Shown piece after piece: positions 63,706 through 64,000 of a stretch of 64,000 nt of DNA (its first letter is position 1; every line of letters begins with the position of its first letter). The position numbers were made by a program, and so were the translations under genes. Source of the DNA: Dehalococcoidia bacterium. GTDB lineage: Bacteria > Chloroflexota > Dehalococcoidia > Bin125. The DNA lies in assembly GCA_965215555.1 (NCBI GenBank), contig OZ244071.1, forward strand, positions 2,304,190 through 2,368,189, in the 5' to 3' direction. The notes beneath the pieces were generated by a model, which saw only the letters and a list, made by a program, of their open reading frames with translations, was not told the origin of the DNA and ran no database searches.

Positions 63706-64000
63706 ATGGCAATCGATCTCACCATGGGTGCTGTGCTGCCGACCAATGAAATCGGCGCCGACCCGTCATCCATCCGCGATTTCGCGCAAGCAGTCGAGGG
63801 CATGGGGTTCGACCATCTGTTGATCTACGACCACGTGCTCGGCGCCGACCCGTCGGTGCATCGCTTGACCGGCCCGTACACCGACCAGGACCAGTTCCAC
63901 GAGGTCTTCGTCACCCTCGGCTACATCGCCGCATGCACGACCAACCTGGGACTCGCGACGGCGGTACTGGTCTTGCCTCAGCGTCAGACCGCGTTGGTTG
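63706..64000 (+). CDS. LLM-class F420-dependent oxidoreductase, 3' partial
   Basis: Not in the supplied ORF track. SD AAGGAG precedes ATG 63706. MAIDLTMGAVLPTNEIGADP...GFDHLLIYDHVLGAD...HEVFVTLGYIAA...AVLVLPQRQTALV runs off the window. Confidence 0.9.
   Translation, partial: MAIDLTMGAVLPTNEIGADPSSIRDFAQAVEGMGFDHLLIYDHVLGADPSVHRLTGPYTDQDQFHEVFVTLGYIAACTTNLGLATAVLVLPQRQTALV

Overview
A 64-kb, GC-rich, densely coding bacterial chromosomal segment. No rRNA, tRNA, CRISPR array, transposase or integrase is recognisable. The gene repertoire suggests an aerobic Chloroflexota, probably Dehalococcoidia-like (inference): GreA with a long N-terminal extension, Chloroflexus-like malyl-CoA lyase, LLM-class oxidoreductases, family III CoA-transferases, MaoC-like hotdog proteins and SDRs. 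Main blocks in order: Eis-type acetyltransferase; OmpR/HisKA two-component system with lipoprotein, PAP2/IPC-synthase-like and flippase-like genes; three tandem paralogous MFS genes; rsmG and greA; eukaryote-type citrate synthase; an A2-type caa3 cytochrome c oxidase cluster with ctaG, ctaA and ctaB; ABC-2 exporter; nadE; LysM/M23 proteins; tldDE; MaoC triplet; MNT-HEPN pair; animal-like glutamate dehydrogenase; degenerate ECF/anti-sigma pair; VOC-HpaB aromatic module; two SDRs; Zn/Mn ABC importer; P-type ATPase; mcl. The most unusual observations are: (1) an oxidase-cluster gene fusing a soluble, apparently inactive nuclease-like domain to a duplicated subunit-IV-like hairpin; (2) a roughly 70-aa beta-rich insertion in oxidase subunit II; (3) GreA fused to a tyrosine-recombinase core-binding-like domain; (4) an ECF sigma lacking its sigma4 HTH; (5) several pseudo-enzymes; (6) a pair of unknown small paralogues; (7) recurrent short tandem repeats, three with a 10-bp period, in intergenic DNA. 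All homology calls come from motif recognition by eye, not database searches.
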